Source of the DNA: Candidatus Omnitrophota bacterium
GTDB taxonomy: Bacteria > Omnitrophota > Gorgyraeia > Zapsychrales > Fredricksoniimonadaceae
Direction of reading: 5' to 3'
DNA: 64,000 nt
Assembly: GCA_044225175.1 (NCBI GenBank)
Contig: JBGAJA010000002.1
Coordinates: 146,917 to 210,916, forward strand
Both the position numbers and the translations under genes were made by a program. The notes under the pieces are model-generated. The model ran no database searches. It saw nothing but the letters and a program-made list of their open reading frames with translations, and was not told the origin of the DNA. Shown piece after piece: positions 1-10,093 of the stretch (the stretch's first letter is position 1; every line of letters starts with the position of its first letter).

Positions 1-30
1 TAAAATAGTCATTCCTCCAGTAATTAGTAC

Positions 31-72
31 TCCGCCACAAATCTTGGCGGATCCGCCACAATGTATGGCGGG
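31..72. repeat. Tandem double mini-hairpin TCCGCCA-N7-TGGCGG(A/G) downstream of thrS
   Basis: TCCGCCA CAAATCT TGGCGGA (31-51) followed directly by TCCGCCA CAATGTA TGGCGGG (52-72); related units at 22675 and 43753. Confidence 0.7.
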
Positions 73-96
73 AAAGTGTTCTATTATCCCTAAATT

Positions 97-1827
97 CTAT
101 TTCTTGTCAATAATCTGTTGTTTAAGCTTGGTTAAAAGGGTTGGGACATCCATCGCCCCTAAATCGCCCCCGCCATGAGCTCTTAATGAAACTTGTTTGC
201 TTTGAACTTCCTTTTCTCCAAGAATAATCTGATAAGGGATCTTAAGCATGGAGCCTTCACGAATTCTTTTGGATAACGATTCATTGCGGCTGTCCACGCT
301 GACTCTAAATCCTGCCGCTTTGAGCTCTTGACTGACTTCTTGGGCGAAAGCATTTTGTTCTTCTCTAATGGGTATGATCAAGATCTGATTAGGAGCAAGC
401 CATAGAGGAAAATGTCCGGCATAATGTTCAATTAATGTTCCGATGAATCTCTCCAACGACCCTAAAATAGCACGATGCAACATAATCGGCCTGACTTGCG
501 CGCCCGTTTCATCGATGTAGTTCATCTCAAAACGTTCAGGCAAGTTAAAATCACATTGAATGGTACCGCATTGCCATTGACGACCAATGGCATCTTTTAG
601 TTTAATATCGATCTTAGGACCATAGAATGCGCCGCCGCCTTCATCCACATCATATTTAATTCCTTTGGTCTCAAGAGCATCTTTTAACGCAGCGGTTGCC
701 TTGTCCCAATTTTCTTGGGCCCCCATAGAATCTTTAGGTTGAGTGGAAAGTTCAATGTGCAAATCGTGAAAACCAAAATCGTTCATGGTTTCAAATATAA
801 AATCAATGACTTTCAAAACTTCCGACTTAATTTGATCTGGACGTATAAATAAATGTGCGTCATCCTGAGTAAATCCTCGTACGCGAAGAAGCCCATGCAA
901 AACCCCCACCTTCTCTTGACGATACACAGTGCCTAATTCGAAATAACGAATGGGCAAATCGCGATAAGAACGCACTTGGGATTTATAAATCAAAATGTGC
1001 CCTGGGCAATTCATAGGTTTGACGGCGTAATCTTCTTCATCCACCTTAAAGTAGTACATGTTTTCTTTGTAATGACCAGAGTGCCCTGAAACATCCCAAA
1101 GCTTACCCTTAAGAATATTGGGAGTAACGACCAATTTGTACTCATGCTTCAAATGTTGTTCGCGAAGATAGTCTTCAATGACTTTACGAAGCATGGCGCC
1201 ATTAGGATGATAAAACACTAACCCTGCACCAGCAGTGTCATGGTAAATATGAAATAAATCTAGTTGTGTTGCGATCTTGCGATGGTCGCGCTTGGCAGCT
1301 TCTTCTAGCATCTTTAAATATTCATCGAGTTCTTTTTGAGAACCAAAGGCAGTTCCATAAATGCGCTGAAGCATGGCATTTTTCTCATCACCACGCCAAT
1401 ATGCACCTGCAACGGAAAGTAATTTAAAACCTTTGATCGCACTCACATTCTCAACATGAGGACCTTTGCATAAATCCAGCCATTGATCGCCTGTTTTATA
1501 AATTGTCACTTCTTGATCTGGGAGGCGTTCAATTAAATCAACTTTGTATGTTTCATTCTTAGAACGGAAGAACTCAATTGCCTTTTGGCGTGGCCATGAT
1601 TCAAAAGACATGGCTGGTTTCTTTTCAATGATTTGACGCATCCTCTTTTCGATTGCTTTTAAATCTTCGTCGGAAAATGACTCTTTTCGATCAAAATCAT
1701 AATAAAAACCATTATCAATCGCAGGACCTATCGTGACCTTTGTTTCAGGCCAAAGCTCTTGCACAGCCTGAGCCATGACGTGTGCACAGGTGTGGCGAAT
1801 TTTATCTATATCTTTTGAGTAATCCAT
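97..1827 (-). CDS. thrS: Threonyl-tRNA synthetase (short form without N-terminal TGS domain)
   Basis: RHTCAHVMAQAV editing domain, DLCKGPH, KPMNCPGH, RVRGFTQDDAH, HRAILGSLERF motifs. Confidence 0.97.
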   Translation of the reverse strand: MDYSKDIDKIRHTCAHVMAQAVQELWPETKVTIGPAIDNGFYYDFDRKESFSDEDLKAIEKRMRQIIEKKPAMSFESWPRQKAIEFFRSKNETYKVDLIERLPDQEVTIYKTGDQWLDLCKGPHVENVSAIKGFKLLSVAGAYWRGDEKNAMLQRIYGTAFGSQKELDEYLKMLEEAAKRDHRKIATQLDLFHIYHDTAGAGLVFYHPNGAMLRKVIEDYLREQHLKHEYKLVVTPNILKGKLWDVSGHSGHYKENMYYFKVDEEDYAVKPMNCPGHILIYKSQVRSYRDLPIRYFELGTVYRQEKVGVLHGLLRVRGFTQDDAHLFIRPDQIKSEVLKVIDFIFETMNDFGFHDLHIELSTQPKDSMGAQENWDKATAALKDALETKGIKYDVDEGGGAFYGPKIDIKLKDAIGRQWQCGTIQCDFNLPERFEMNYIDETGAQVRPIMLHRAILGSLERFIGTLIEHYAGHFPLWLAPNQILIIPIREEQNAFAQEVSQELKAAGFRVSVDSRNESLSKRIREGSMLKIPYQIILGEKEVQSKQVSLRAHGGGDLGAMDVPTLLTKLKQQIIDKK

Positions 1828-1840
1828 AGGAGTGTAGGAA

Positions 1841-1917
1841 TGGTGGACCCGACAAGACTCGAACTTGTGACCTTTTCCATGTCAAGGAAACGCTCTAACC
1901 AACTGAGCTACGGGTCC
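1841..1917 (-). tRNA. tRNA-Val(GAC)
   Basis: Reverse complement GGACCCGTAGCTCAGTTGGTTAGAGCG-TTTCC TT GAC AT GGAAA-...GTTCGAGTC...GGGTCCACCA; cloverleaf with encoded CCA. Confidence 0.95.
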
Positions 1918-1928
1918 TTTTAAAATAG

Positions 1929-2012
1929 TGGGCGGGGAGGGAATTGAACCCTCACGGCCTTGCGGCCACAGGATTTTAAGTCCTGCGTGTATACCAATTC
2001 CACCACCCGCCC
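1929..2012 (-). tRNA. tRNA-Leu(TAA)
   Basis: Reverse complement GGGCGGGTGGTGGAATTGGTATACACG-CAGGA CT TAA AA TCCTG, long variable arm GGCCGCAAGGCC, GTTCAATTC T-arm; CCA not encoded. Confidence 0.95.
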
Positions 2013-2035
2013 GTTGGTGCTACATGTTTCTATAT

Positions 2036-2110
<75 letters not shown>

Positions 2111-2114
2111 ATCA

Positions 2115-2645
2115 TTACTTCTTTAAAACAACTTTAACTATATCTTCAACCTCAGCTAAGTGGCCGACTCCTGTGATTCCGCAGGCGAGTTTGCCCTTAA
2201 TGGGTTCTATAAATTTGATGCCGTGTTTTTTAAGTTTTGCACAATTATCTTGGACAATTGTATTGTTGTACATATCTTCATTCATAGCCGGAGCTATGAA
2301 TACGGGGGATTTCATACTGATGACTAATGTTGTAAGTAAGTCATCTGCCATTCCTGATGCTAATTTGGCAATGATGTTAGCTGTTGCAGGTGCAATGACA
2401 AGGGCATCTGCTTTAGCTAACTCCAAATGGCTCATCTTCCAGCCGTCTTTTTCAAACATATCTGTAGAAACATCTTTGCCGCTTAAACTTGCCAGAGTTA
2501 ATGGTGTGATAAATCGTTCTGCTTCTTTGGTCATCACGACGGAGACATCGCATTTTTGATCTTGAAAACGACGAATTAGATCGCCTGCTTTATAAGCTGC
2601 AATGGACCCCGTCACACCTAAAATTATTCTCTTTGGCGCAGACAT
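2115..2645 (-). CDS. coaC: Phosphopantothenoylcysteine decarboxylase (stand-alone CoaC flavoprotein)
   Basis: ILGVTGSIAAYKA, APATANIIAKLASGMADD, APAMN, LACG motifs; no CoaB half. Confidence 0.9.
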   Translation of the reverse strand: MSAPKRIILGVTGSIAAYKAGDLIRRFQDQKCDVSVVMTKEAERFITPLTLASLSGKDVSTDMFEKDGWKMSHLELAKADALVIAPATANIIAKLASGMADDLLTTLVISMKSPVFIAPAMNEDMYNNTIVQDNCAKLKKHGIKFIEPIKGKLACGITGVGHLAEVEDIVKVVLKK

Positions 2646-2896
2646 TACTTTGTTTTACGTGTTGGTTTGGGTGGTGTTGGTGTTGTTTCTCTGGTATGAA
2701 CACCGCTTTGATCATAAACTCTGCCTTGTCTAATTTCTTCTAAAGCAGTAGTTGCAATTTTTTGATCTATTGGAGATGTGATCATTTTACCGCCAGTTTC
2801 TGAGATTTCTAAGGCGCGTCTGGACGCTAAACGGACAAGACGGTAAATACTGAAATTTGCTTTTGGTAATAACTCTTCTAGTGGTTGATACGCCAT
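2645..2896 (-). CDS. rpoZ: RNA polymerase omega subunit
   Basis: SIYRLVRLASRRALEI ... ALEEI motif; next to coaC and near gmk. Confidence 0.88.
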   Translation of the reverse strand: MAYQPLEELLPKANFSIYRLVRLASRRALEISETGGKMITSPIDQKIATTALEEIRQGRVYDQSGVHTRETTPTPPKPTRKTK

Positions 2897-2967
2897 TAAA
2901 TCCTCCTTAAAACACTTAATACAATAAGAAACAGCCTTTTTATGAAGCGATATTTATAACATATGCT

Positions 2968-4200
2968 CTATGTATTGTCAATTGACTTAGGAGGGTTGAC
3001 AGAAACAGCCTCTGGCCTGTTTACTTCCCCTTGAAATAATCCATAAATCACTACCAATAACAATCCGGATGGCGCTGTAAAAACGGTGTAGATTCCTAAT
3101 GAACAAATCAAATGTGCTAAAAGACACGCAAAAAGAATGTTCAGCATTTTAGTTTTAGGAGTTCGAATATATTGAACAAAAAGATGGCCAATGATAGCCA
3201 TTAAGCTTAAAAAGCCTATAATTCCCATTTCAAACAAAATTTCGAGATAATCATTGTGCACATGTTCATAAAAACGCCCTGAATCTTTGGTGTTTCCTAG
3301 GATCATGGATCCATTCATTTCAAAGAATGGTGACATTTGTGTAAAAGTCCCTAACCCAAATCCTAAAAAAGGGTTGCAGTTTCGAGATTGAAAAGCCATT
3401 TCCATATTGTTATTAGGATCCCTGTATTGAAGGTCTACTTTTCCTTGGTATATGGACTGAATTACAAATTGATAAACATTTAATCTTTCTTGAATACTGT
3501 CTTTGAGTTTATATTCAAATTTTCCCAAGAATATGGCTGTTCCTAATACAATTACACAAGCAACGATCCACAATTTCTTTTTGTTTTTGCTTGCAAGAAA
3601 TAAGCTTGCCGTTCCAAAGGCTACCCATGCAGCAGTTGTTTTGGAACACCACAAACCAAAAATCGTAAAAGGTAATGCCCAGGGAAATAATACTGCTGTA
3701 GCCGGCCCGCTATCTGCCATAAACAAAGCCAATTGATTTTTACTTCCTAGAAATCCAACATTGTCTGAATGTTCCGGGGCATTGGGATTATAGAACAAAG
3801 GGTCCATGTTAAAATATTGTAGAATAACCCAGATTCCTTGAATTAAGGCTGATAAACAAATCGCTTTTACCACCCAAACACGACTCTTTGAATCCAAAAA
3901 ACTTATTCCCCACATGGCCAGTGAACACAAATAAATTTGTAATAGACATACAATAGAGTGTGGTTGTTGCTTTGCGATAAAAACAGTTGAAAAGAGGGCT
4001 AAAAGTGTGAATATTGAAATGTATTTGTTAAAGGCCCAAAGAATTATTGAAGCTGCAATAAAAAATAGCGTTGTTAAAACAAGGTATTGGGGATACCACG
4101 GATCATCTTCAAGTACAGGTAATATCGAAGACAAAGGAACCGCGATAATGCCAAAAATAAGCAGTATAAAAAGCGGCTTTTTCAATGATATCAGGTTCAT
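2968..4200 (-). CDS. O-antigen ligase / Wzy_C family polytopic membrane protein
   Basis: About 10-12 hydrophobic segments; GFLGSKNQLA, GFGLGTF and HVHNDYLEILFEMGIIG motifs. Confidence 0.8.
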   Translation of the reverse strand: MNLISLKKPLFILLIFGIIAVPLSSILPVLEDDPWYPQYLVLTTLFFIAASIILWAFNKYISIFTLLALFSTVFIAKQQPHSIVCLLQIYLCSLAMWGISFLDSKSRVWVVKAICLSALIQGIWVILQYFNMDPLFYNPNAPEHSDNVGFLGSKNQLALFMADSGPATAVLFPWALPFTIFGLWCSKTTAAWVAFGTASLFLASKNKKKLWIVACVIVLGTAIFLGKFEYKLKDSIQERLNVYQFVIQSIYQGKVDLQYRDPNNNMEMAFQSRNCNPFLGFGLGTFTQMSPFFEMNGSMILGNTKDSGRFYEHVHNDYLEILFEMGIIGFLSLMAIIGHLFVQYIRTPKTKMLNILFACLLAHLICSLGIYTVFTAPSGLLLVVIYGLFQGEVNRPEAVSVNPPKSIDNT

Positions 4201-4213
4201 TTTAATTGTATGT

Positions 4214-4249
4214 AAAAGACAAGGGCAATCCTAAGATTGCCCTTGTCTT
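4214..4249 (-). terminator. Intrinsic terminator after the 4273..4878 gene
   Basis: 15-bp perfect stem AAGACAAGGGCAATC/GATTGCCCTTGTCTT, 4-nt loop, short T run on the minus strand. Confidence 0.7.
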
Positions 4250-4272
4250 AAACTTTAACTTTCAGTTCATTA

Positions 4273-4878
4273 TTAATATTCAGCTACCAGCTGAGTATCC
4301 GAGGTCTGTTCAATGATGTCGGCAATATTATCATTGTTTAAATCATATTCAGTTAAAGGTTTTTGAAAAACTGCTCCCCCTCTAATTGCTGGATAATTAA
4401 CATCATTGGACCAAATTGTGCTTCCATTTAATCCGCTTAATAAATTCTGTTGTCTATAGATTGTAAAGCTTGAAGTGGGGTTATCAAAGATGGCATAAAT
4501 ATCATCTATATGATCGCCATTTTTGTCTGGAACAGCTTGAAGATTAACCAATCTTCGTGCGGTAGAACCAGAGGCTGCGGTGGTAAAGACACGGAACCAA
4601 CTTGCTGATCCGCCCACAGGATTTAAAAAATAAACTGTAGATACGCTTTGACTTGGGCTAGAAACATGTGATCCAACAACTATTCCATATAAAGAATCTT
4701 GTAATACCAAAGACGGATAGTGAACATCACGTTTTTTTCTTAAATAATCAAAAGCTTTTACTGTTGCTCCGGAAGTCGTATTAAAAGTCCATAAAATGTG
4801 AGGGGCGGCAGACGCTTTGCCAGGTACAAATGCTCCTAAAAACACTGCTATTAAAACTAAGCTGATCTTTGTTCTCAT
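4273..4878 (-). CDS. Secreted hypothetical protein with FG-GAP-like DxNxDxxxD motifs
   Basis: Signal peptide ending ASA; DKNGDHIDDI and DLNNDNIADII Ca-binding-like loops; GGAG RBS. Confidence 0.65.
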   Translation of the reverse strand: MRTKISLVLIAVFLGAFVPGKASAAPHILWTFNTTSGATVKAFDYLRKKRDVHYPSLVLQDSLYGIVVGSHVSSPSQSVSTVYFLNPVGGSASWFRVFTTAASGSTARRLVNLQAVPDKNGDHIDDIYAIFDNPTSSFTIYRQQNLLSGLNGSTIWSNDVNYPAIRGGAVFQKPLTEYDLNNDNIADIIEQTSDTQLVAEY

Positions 4879-4962
4879 GAATTATTTCTCCTTGATATTG
4901 TTAATAATCTGTAGCGAAATATAGCATTCCAGTTGGTTTTATTCAATCTAATTAGTTCGAAC

Positions 4963-5571
4963 TTAAGTTTTCTTTAAAATCTTGGCTACCAGGCTTTCTA
5001 AATCTTTCTTGGCTTTATCCAAGTTGCCATTGATGATCACATGATCGTAATCTTTAGAGCTTTTAAGCTCTTGGGTGGCTACTTTAAGTCTTAAGGCGAG
5101 TGTTTCTTGGGTTTCTGAGGCCCGTAATTTAAGGCGTTTGTGGAGTTCTTTCATAGAAGGGGGTTTAATAAAAATCTTGATGGCTTGTGGAAATTCTTGG
5201 GCAATGTACTGGGCCCCTTTGACATCAATGCACAATAAAACATGCTTTCCCTTCTTTAATAAATTAAGGACTTGGATTTTAGGAGTTCCATAGAAATTAT
5301 CAAAGACTTTCTCCCACTCTAGAAAATAACCGCGAAGAATCCTTCTGGCAAAAATCTGAGGAGTTAAAAAGATATAATCCTTACCGTCACGCTCTCCCTC
5401 ACGTTTAGGACGTGTAGTTGCCGAAATCGACTTAACTAGCTTTTCTTTAAGTTTAGGGGAAGCTAAGAGCTCTTTGTGCAATGTGGTTTTACCTGAACCG
5501 GATGGGCCAGAGAGGATGATGATCTTTCCCTTAAGAGCATTTTGCAAATGTCTTTGTTTCTTACTCAACAT
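4963..5571 (-). CDS. gmk: Guanylate kinase
   Basis: LSGPSGSGKTT, SATTRPKREGERDGKDY, FYGT motifs. Confidence 0.96.
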   Translation of the reverse strand: MLSKKQRHLQNALKGKIIILSGPSGSGKTTLHKELLASPKLKEKLVKSISATTRPKREGERDGKDYIFLTPQIFARRILRGYFLEWEKVFDNFYGTPKIQVLNLLKKGKHVLLCIDVKGAQYIAQEFPQAIKIFIKPPSMKELHKRLKLRASETQETLALRLKVATQELKSSKDYDHVIINGNLDKAKKDLESLVAKILKKT

Positions 5572-6379
5572 TGTTGGCTTGCTCCCTGATCTTTTCTACT
5601 TTGGATTTGAGAGCAATCACAGCTGCAGACACGTCTTTGTCCTGGACCTTTGAACCAATGGTATTGGTTTCTCTTTGCATTTCTTGGGCAATGAAATCCA
5701 ATTTTTTCCCGGCTTCAGTCGTTTTAAAGAGGGCCTTAGCTTGATCAATGTGGTGGACTAGTCTCGAGAGCTCTTCATGAATATCGTTGCTCTTTTGGAA
5801 ACTCAAAAATTCATCCGGCGTCAGTTTTGCTTTTTTCTCTTTAAGTAAAAAATTAGCACGATTCTTGATCTGAGTGATTCTCCCTGACATCCTCTTTAAT
5901 TGTTCGTTAATATCTGCCACTAGAGACTTTCCTTCCTTCTTTCTCATACTAACAACTGCAGTGACCGTCTTTTCGATGGTTTTCTCCAAAGAAGCCCATA
6001 TCTGCTGAGCTTCAATAAAAGTCTCTTTGGTCTCTACCACTCCTGGCATCTTAAGCAAGTCGCCCGTCGTCAAATCATTTTTAAGGTTCATTTCTTTAGA
6101 AAGCATTCGGGCAATGTCTACATATCGCTTCAAAGCTTCTTTATTTAAACTAATCGTCATCTGAGGCTTATCGGTAATCCTCACGGACACCGTCACCCTT
6201 CCTCGCTTGATCTGACGAGCCACTATCTTTTGGATTTTTTCTTCATAAGAAGAAAATCCCGACGGTAAATAATAAACCACATCTAAATACCGGTGGTTGA
6301 CGCTTTTAATCTCGACTGTGATCTTAACTTTATTAAACACCAAATCTGTACTGCCAAACCCTGTCATTCCATTAACCAT
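5561..6379 (-). CDS. yicC: YicC/YloC family endoribonuclease
   Basis: MTGFG, EIKSVNHRYLD, GKKLDFIAQEMQRETNTIGSK, EKIREQANNVE. Confidence 0.93.
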   Translation of the reverse strand: MVNGMTGFGSTDLVFNKVKITVEIKSVNHRYLDVVYYLPSGFSSYEEKIQKIVARQIKRGRVTVSVRITDKPQMTISLNKEALKRYVDIARMLSKEMNLKNDLTTGDLLKMPGVVETKETFIEAQQIWASLEKTIEKTVTAVVSMRKKEGKSLVADINEQLKRMSGRITQIKNRANFLLKEKKAKLTPDEFLSFQKSNDIHEELSRLVHHIDQAKALFKTTEAGKKLDFIAQEMQRETNTIGSKVQDKDVSAAVIALKSKVEKIREQANNVE

Positions 6380-6396
6380 GATTTCTCCTAAAAATC

Positions 6397-6840
6397 TTAA
6401 TTTAAAATCTCACTTTTTTTAAACCACAAAGGAATTTCTCGACGGGACTCTTCGGGGGAACTCGATACATGAACTACGTTTTCGAACAATCCCTTGGTGG
6501 TAATCCTTCCGTATTTACCCCTGATAGACCTGGGGTCAGCTTCTTCGGGGTTTGTTGCCCCAGCAATGGTGCGGCACCTTTTGACTACATCTTTGCCTTC
6601 AAACACCATGGCAACCACAGGGGAGCCGTTGTGAAACTTTCCTGTCAAATAGTCTACGATTTGCTTATAAAAAAATTTATCCTTAAGAAGAATGTAATGT
6701 TTTTTAACGAGGCTGTTGGAGGGTTTAACAATCTTGAGGGCCACAATTTTTAAATCACTATGAATAAATTGATTAAGGATGTCTCCTGCAATGGCCTTTT
6801 GCATTCCTTCAGGTTTAATTAAAACCAAAACTTGTTCCAT
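6397..6840 (-). CDS. ndk: Nucleoside diphosphate kinase
   Basis: LVLIKPEG, GATNPEEADPRSIRGKYG, NVVHVSSS. Confidence 0.92.
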   Translation of the reverse strand: MEQVLVLIKPEGMQKAIAGDILNQFIHSDLKIVALKIVKPSNSLVKKHYILLKDKFFYKQIVDYLTGKFHNGSPVVAMVFEGKDVVKRCRTIAGATNPEEADPRSIRGKYGRITTKGLFENVVHVSSSPEESRREIPLWFKKSEILN

Positions 6841-6872
6841 GGTAATCCCTCTTATTTTTCTATGAGCGTTAA

Positions 6873-7793
6873 TTATACCCCTTTGGGCCCTCTTATAATT
6901 TCCAAAATTCTATCTAAATCATCGAGGGTGTAGTATTCAATAATAAGCTTGCCCTTGCCCTTCTTGTCTTCAACAAGAACTTTTGTTCCAAGAACCGTGC
7001 GTAATTCATCCTCGAGATTAGTAATGTCTGGGTCTTTGGCTTTCTGGGTCTTGCTTTTATTTGGGGTTTTAGTTGATGCTTGACGGACCAATCCTTCCAC
7101 GGAACGAACAGATAAACTTTGTTCAGTGATTTGAGTGGCCATTTTTAATTGAGCTTCTTCGCTATTCAATGCCAGAAGCGCCCTCGCATGGCCCATAGAA
7201 ATCTTCTCTTGAATGATTTGATCTTGAATTTTAATGGGGAGTTTAAGTAGTCTTAGTGTGTTAGCGACAGTTGTCCGGTCTTTTCCGACTGCTTGGGCGA
7301 TTTGATCTTGGGACAAGTGGAAACTGTCTTCTAATCGTTGAAAGGCTTTAGCCTCGTCGATAACATTCAGGTCTTGCCTTTGAATGTTTTCGATTAGAGC
7401 CAATAAAAGCGTCTCACTATCCGAAACTTCTTTAATAATAGCTGGGATGACGGTGAGCCCTGCTTTCTTGGACGCTCGCAATCGACGCTCACCCATGACA
7501 ACTTCATAAATTCCTGCATCTTTGGAAGGTCGTACCATGATGGGCTGTAAAATCCCTTTTTCTTTGATGGAAGCGGTCAGCTCATTAAGGGAGTCTTCAT
7601 CATAATTTTGTCGAGGCTGAAAGGGATTGTAATGAATATTTTCAATATATAACATCTGAGGGGTCAAATTAAACATGCCTTCTAGTTCTTGGCCTCCATC
7701 CTTTTCCTGAATGTGTTCTATTTTAACTTTCGCTTTTTCCTGAGCCTGTGAAATCAGCGCTGATAAACCCTTACCTAAAGCTTTATTTTCCAT
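6873..7793 (-). CDS. parB: Chromosome partitioning protein ParB/Spo0J
   Basis: ALGKGLSAL, NPFQPR, GERRLRA, ENIQRQDLN, HTH GKDRTTVANTLRLL. Confidence 0.96.
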   Translation of the reverse strand: MENKALGKGLSALISQAQEKAKVKIEHIQEKDGGQELEGMFNLTPQMLYIENIHYNPFQPRQNYDEDSLNELTASIKEKGILQPIMVRPSKDAGIYEVVMGERRLRASKKAGLTVIPAIIKEVSDSETLLLALIENIQRQDLNVIDEAKAFQRLEDSFHLSQDQIAQAVGKDRTTVANTLRLLKLPIKIQDQIIQEKISMGHARALLALNSEEAQLKMATQITEQSLSVRSVEGLVRQASTKTPNKSKTQKAKDPDITNLEDELRTVLGTKVLVEDKKGKGKLIIEYYTLDDLDRILEIIRGPKGV

Positions 7794-7822
7794 GGGCGTC
7801 TCCCCTCAATTAACATGATTAT

Positions 7823-8620
7823 CTAATTGCTTTTGTGATCCCCTAAAACACTTGGCTTTTGTTCTATATTTGCCAAAAATTCTTTAGCCATTTCTCTGTA
7901 TTTAACCGCACCCGCTGAGCTTGGATCATAAATATGAATAGGCTTACCAAAACTAGGGGCTTCGCTTAAACGAATGTTTCTGGGAATTACCGATTGATAA
8001 ACTTTTTCATTGAAAAAGTTCTTAATCTCTTTAATAACTTCATTGGTTAAGTTGGTTCTGTAATCCGCCATGGTCATTAAGACGCCTTCTATTTCCAGAC
8101 TGGAATTCAAACTATCTTTGACAAGATTTATCGTGTTTAATAAACCACTTACTCCTTCCAAAGCATAAAATTCACATTGAATAGGTATAATAATGCTGTC
8201 TGCTGCTACAAGTGTATTTAATGTTAAAAGTCCCAGGGATGGTGGTGAGTCAATAAAAACAAAATCAAAATTTTCTTTAACAGAGTCAAGTGCTTTTTTA
8301 AGCCTCGTTTCACGAGACATGGCACCCACTAGCTCTATTTCTGCTCCAGTTAGATTGATATTACATGGCGCTATACTCAAATTCGCATAAGCTGTTTGAA
8401 GAATGGTATCGATGATATTATTTTTATGAATAAGCACGTCATAAATGGATGTTTTAATTTCGTTTTTGTTAATCCCCACCCCGCTAGTAGCATTGCCTTG
8501 GGGATCCATATCAACGATTAAAACTCTCTTTCCCATTTCAGCTAGAACTGCGGAAAGATTTACAGAGGTCGTGGTTTTACCAGTTCCCCCTTTTTGATTA
8601 CATATAGCAATTATTTTCAT
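7823..8620 (-). CDS. parA: Chromosome partitioning ATPase ParA/Soj
   Basis: NQKGGTGKTTT, DPQGNAT, DSPPSLG, QCEFYALEG, EAPSFGKP. Confidence 0.96.
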   Translation of the reverse strand: MKIIAICNQKGGTGKTTTSVNLSAVLAEMGKRVLIVDMDPQGNATSGVGINKNEIKTSIYDVLIHKNNIIDTILQTAYANLSIAPCNINLTGAEIELVGAMSRETRLKKALDSVKENFDFVFIDSPPSLGLLTLNTLVAADSIIIPIQCEFYALEGVSGLLNTINLVKDSLNSSLEIEGVLMTMADYRTNLTNEVIKEIKNFFNEKVYQSVIPRNIRLSEAPSFGKPIHIYDPSSAGAVKYREMAKEFLANIEQKPSVLGDHKSN

Positions 8621-8633
8621 ATTACCTCCCTAT

Positions 8634-9119
8634 CTAGCAAGCTCCTGCAAATAATCCAACTCCAAAACAAGCACTTTGATTATTTGATCCGTCACCACTC
8701 AGAACTAGAATATCTTCAGCATTAGTAACTGATGTTGCGGCTATTGTCCATCCCTGACTGTCAGTGTCTATATTATACTCGTTTCCAGACATTGTGATGT
8801 ATTCATCAAAAATTTGGTATTTGAAATTAGGACTTCCTGGTGTTATATAATCCCAACACTGTGTGGGAGGTCCTCCCGTGAAGTTGCTAGAACAATGCTC
8901 CTGAGAAGAAAAACAGGCGTTTTCTGTCCCCACATGCGCTCTTAAACACGGGACTAACCATGACTTGATGGATGCTGCTGTCAACATTGCTTCTGCACTT
9001 TGACTTCTTTTAATCCAGCTAAAATACGCTGGTATAGCTAAAGATGCGAGCAATCCAAGAATGATTAGCACAACAATTAATTCAATGAGTGTGAAGCCTT
9101 TTGCTTTATTTTTTTTCAT
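8634..9119 (-). CDS. Type IV pilin-like protein
   Basis: KG/FTLIELIVVLIILGLLASLAIP class III signal; Cys-rich C-terminus. Confidence 0.88.
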   Translation of the reverse strand: MKKNKAKGFTLIELIVVLIILGLLASLAIPAYFSWIKRSQSAEAMLTAASIKSWLVPCLRAHVGTENACFSSQEHCSSNFTGGPPTQCWDYITPGSPNFKYQIFDEYITMSGNEYNIDTDSQGWTIAATSVTNAEDILVLSGDGSNNQSACFGVGLFAGAC

Positions 9120-9136
9120 GTCCTTAAAAAATGTTG

Positions 9137-9583
9137 TTAGTCTTTGTCGTACTGTGTTTTATTTTTAGTATAAAAATCCACTAGTACATTCACACGTTTT
9201 AAAAAATCTTCTGCTAGCTCATCCCCTGGACGACTGGTAATAAGTCTTTTAGTCTTTCCTTCAATCACATCATCTAATTCTTTGATAATTCTTCCAAAAG
9301 GTCCCACAATACGATGTGAAATTACAAATGAGAAAATCATTGATAATAAAATGATGAAACAAAGTAAAAAAATAATTGTACCTGTAAAGGTGTAAACAAG
9401 ATTTGTTATTGAGCTGACGGAGCTATGAAAAACAGCCTGACTAATGATAGGGTTTCCTATAAAAACAATGGTGATGAATGCTAGAAAAATGAGTGTTGAG
9501 GGTAAAAAACTAAGTAAAACTATTTTATCTTGATACTTGTTAGCGGTTGAAAAAACATTTCTTTTTTTTGATTTATTTGTCAT
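9137..9583 (-). CDS. Small 2-TM membrane protein with C-terminal HAMP-like segment (paralogue 1)
   Basis: Two TM helices, then SHRIVGPFGRIIKELDDV...SRPGDELA; close paralogue of the next gene. Confidence 0.75.
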   Translation of the reverse strand: MTNKSKKRNVFSTANKYQDKIVLLSFLPSTLIFLAFITIVFIGNPIISQAVFHSSVSSITNLVYTFTGTIIFLLCFIILLSMIFSFVISHRIVGPFGRIIKELDDVIEGKTKRLITSRPGDELAEDFLKRVNVLVDFYTKNKTQYDKD

Positions 9584-9628
9584 TCTAACCCCTTGTCTAT
9601 ATATCGTATTTCTATAACTTTTGCTATT

Positions 9629-10063
9629 CTAAGACTTATGTTTTACATAAAATTCAACTAAAATATTCACTCTTTTAAGAAGAGATGCCGCTAAATCATC
9701 CCCTGGACGACTGGTAATAAGTTTTTTGGATTTTCCCGCGATAATATCATCTAGTTCTTTATTGATTCTTCCAAAAGGTCCTACGATATGATGCGAGATT
9801 ACAAAAGATATCATGATTGATACAAGCATGATTAAACATAATAAGAATATAATTATGCCCGTAAATACGTATACCATCTTTGTCATCGACGGTATGGATG
9901 TATGGAAAATGGCTTTGGTAATGACAGGGTTTCCTATGAATACAATCCCTATGAAAGCAAAAAATATTAACATTGAAGGAAGAAAGCTTAATAGAATAAT
10001 TTTATTTTGATATGGATTTGCTGTTAAAAAAATATTACGTGCTGGTTTTTTAGGCGTTGTCAT
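9629..10063 (-). CDS. Small 2-TM membrane protein with C-terminal HAMP-like segment (paralogue 2)
   Basis: Two TM helices, then SHHIVGPFGRINKELDDI...SRPGDDLA. Confidence 0.75.
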   Translation of the reverse strand: MTTPKKPARNIFLTANPYQNKIILLSFLPSMLIFFAFIGIVFIGNPVITKAIFHTSIPSMTKMVYVFTGIIIFLLCLIMLVSIMISFVISHHIVGPFGRINKELDDIIAGKSKKLITSRPGDDLAASLLKRVNILVEFYVKHKS

Positions 10064-10093
10064 CTGTATCTCCTTTATTTAATCTCTTGACCA

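Noticed and set aside
1-20. Start of a minus-strand gene (ATG at 12 with GGAGG RBS) downstream of thrS
   Set aside because: Only four codons are visible, so it cannot be identified
8306-8321. parS-like CGTTTCACGAGACATG in parA
   Set aside because: Only 11/16 match and explained by the coding sequence SRET
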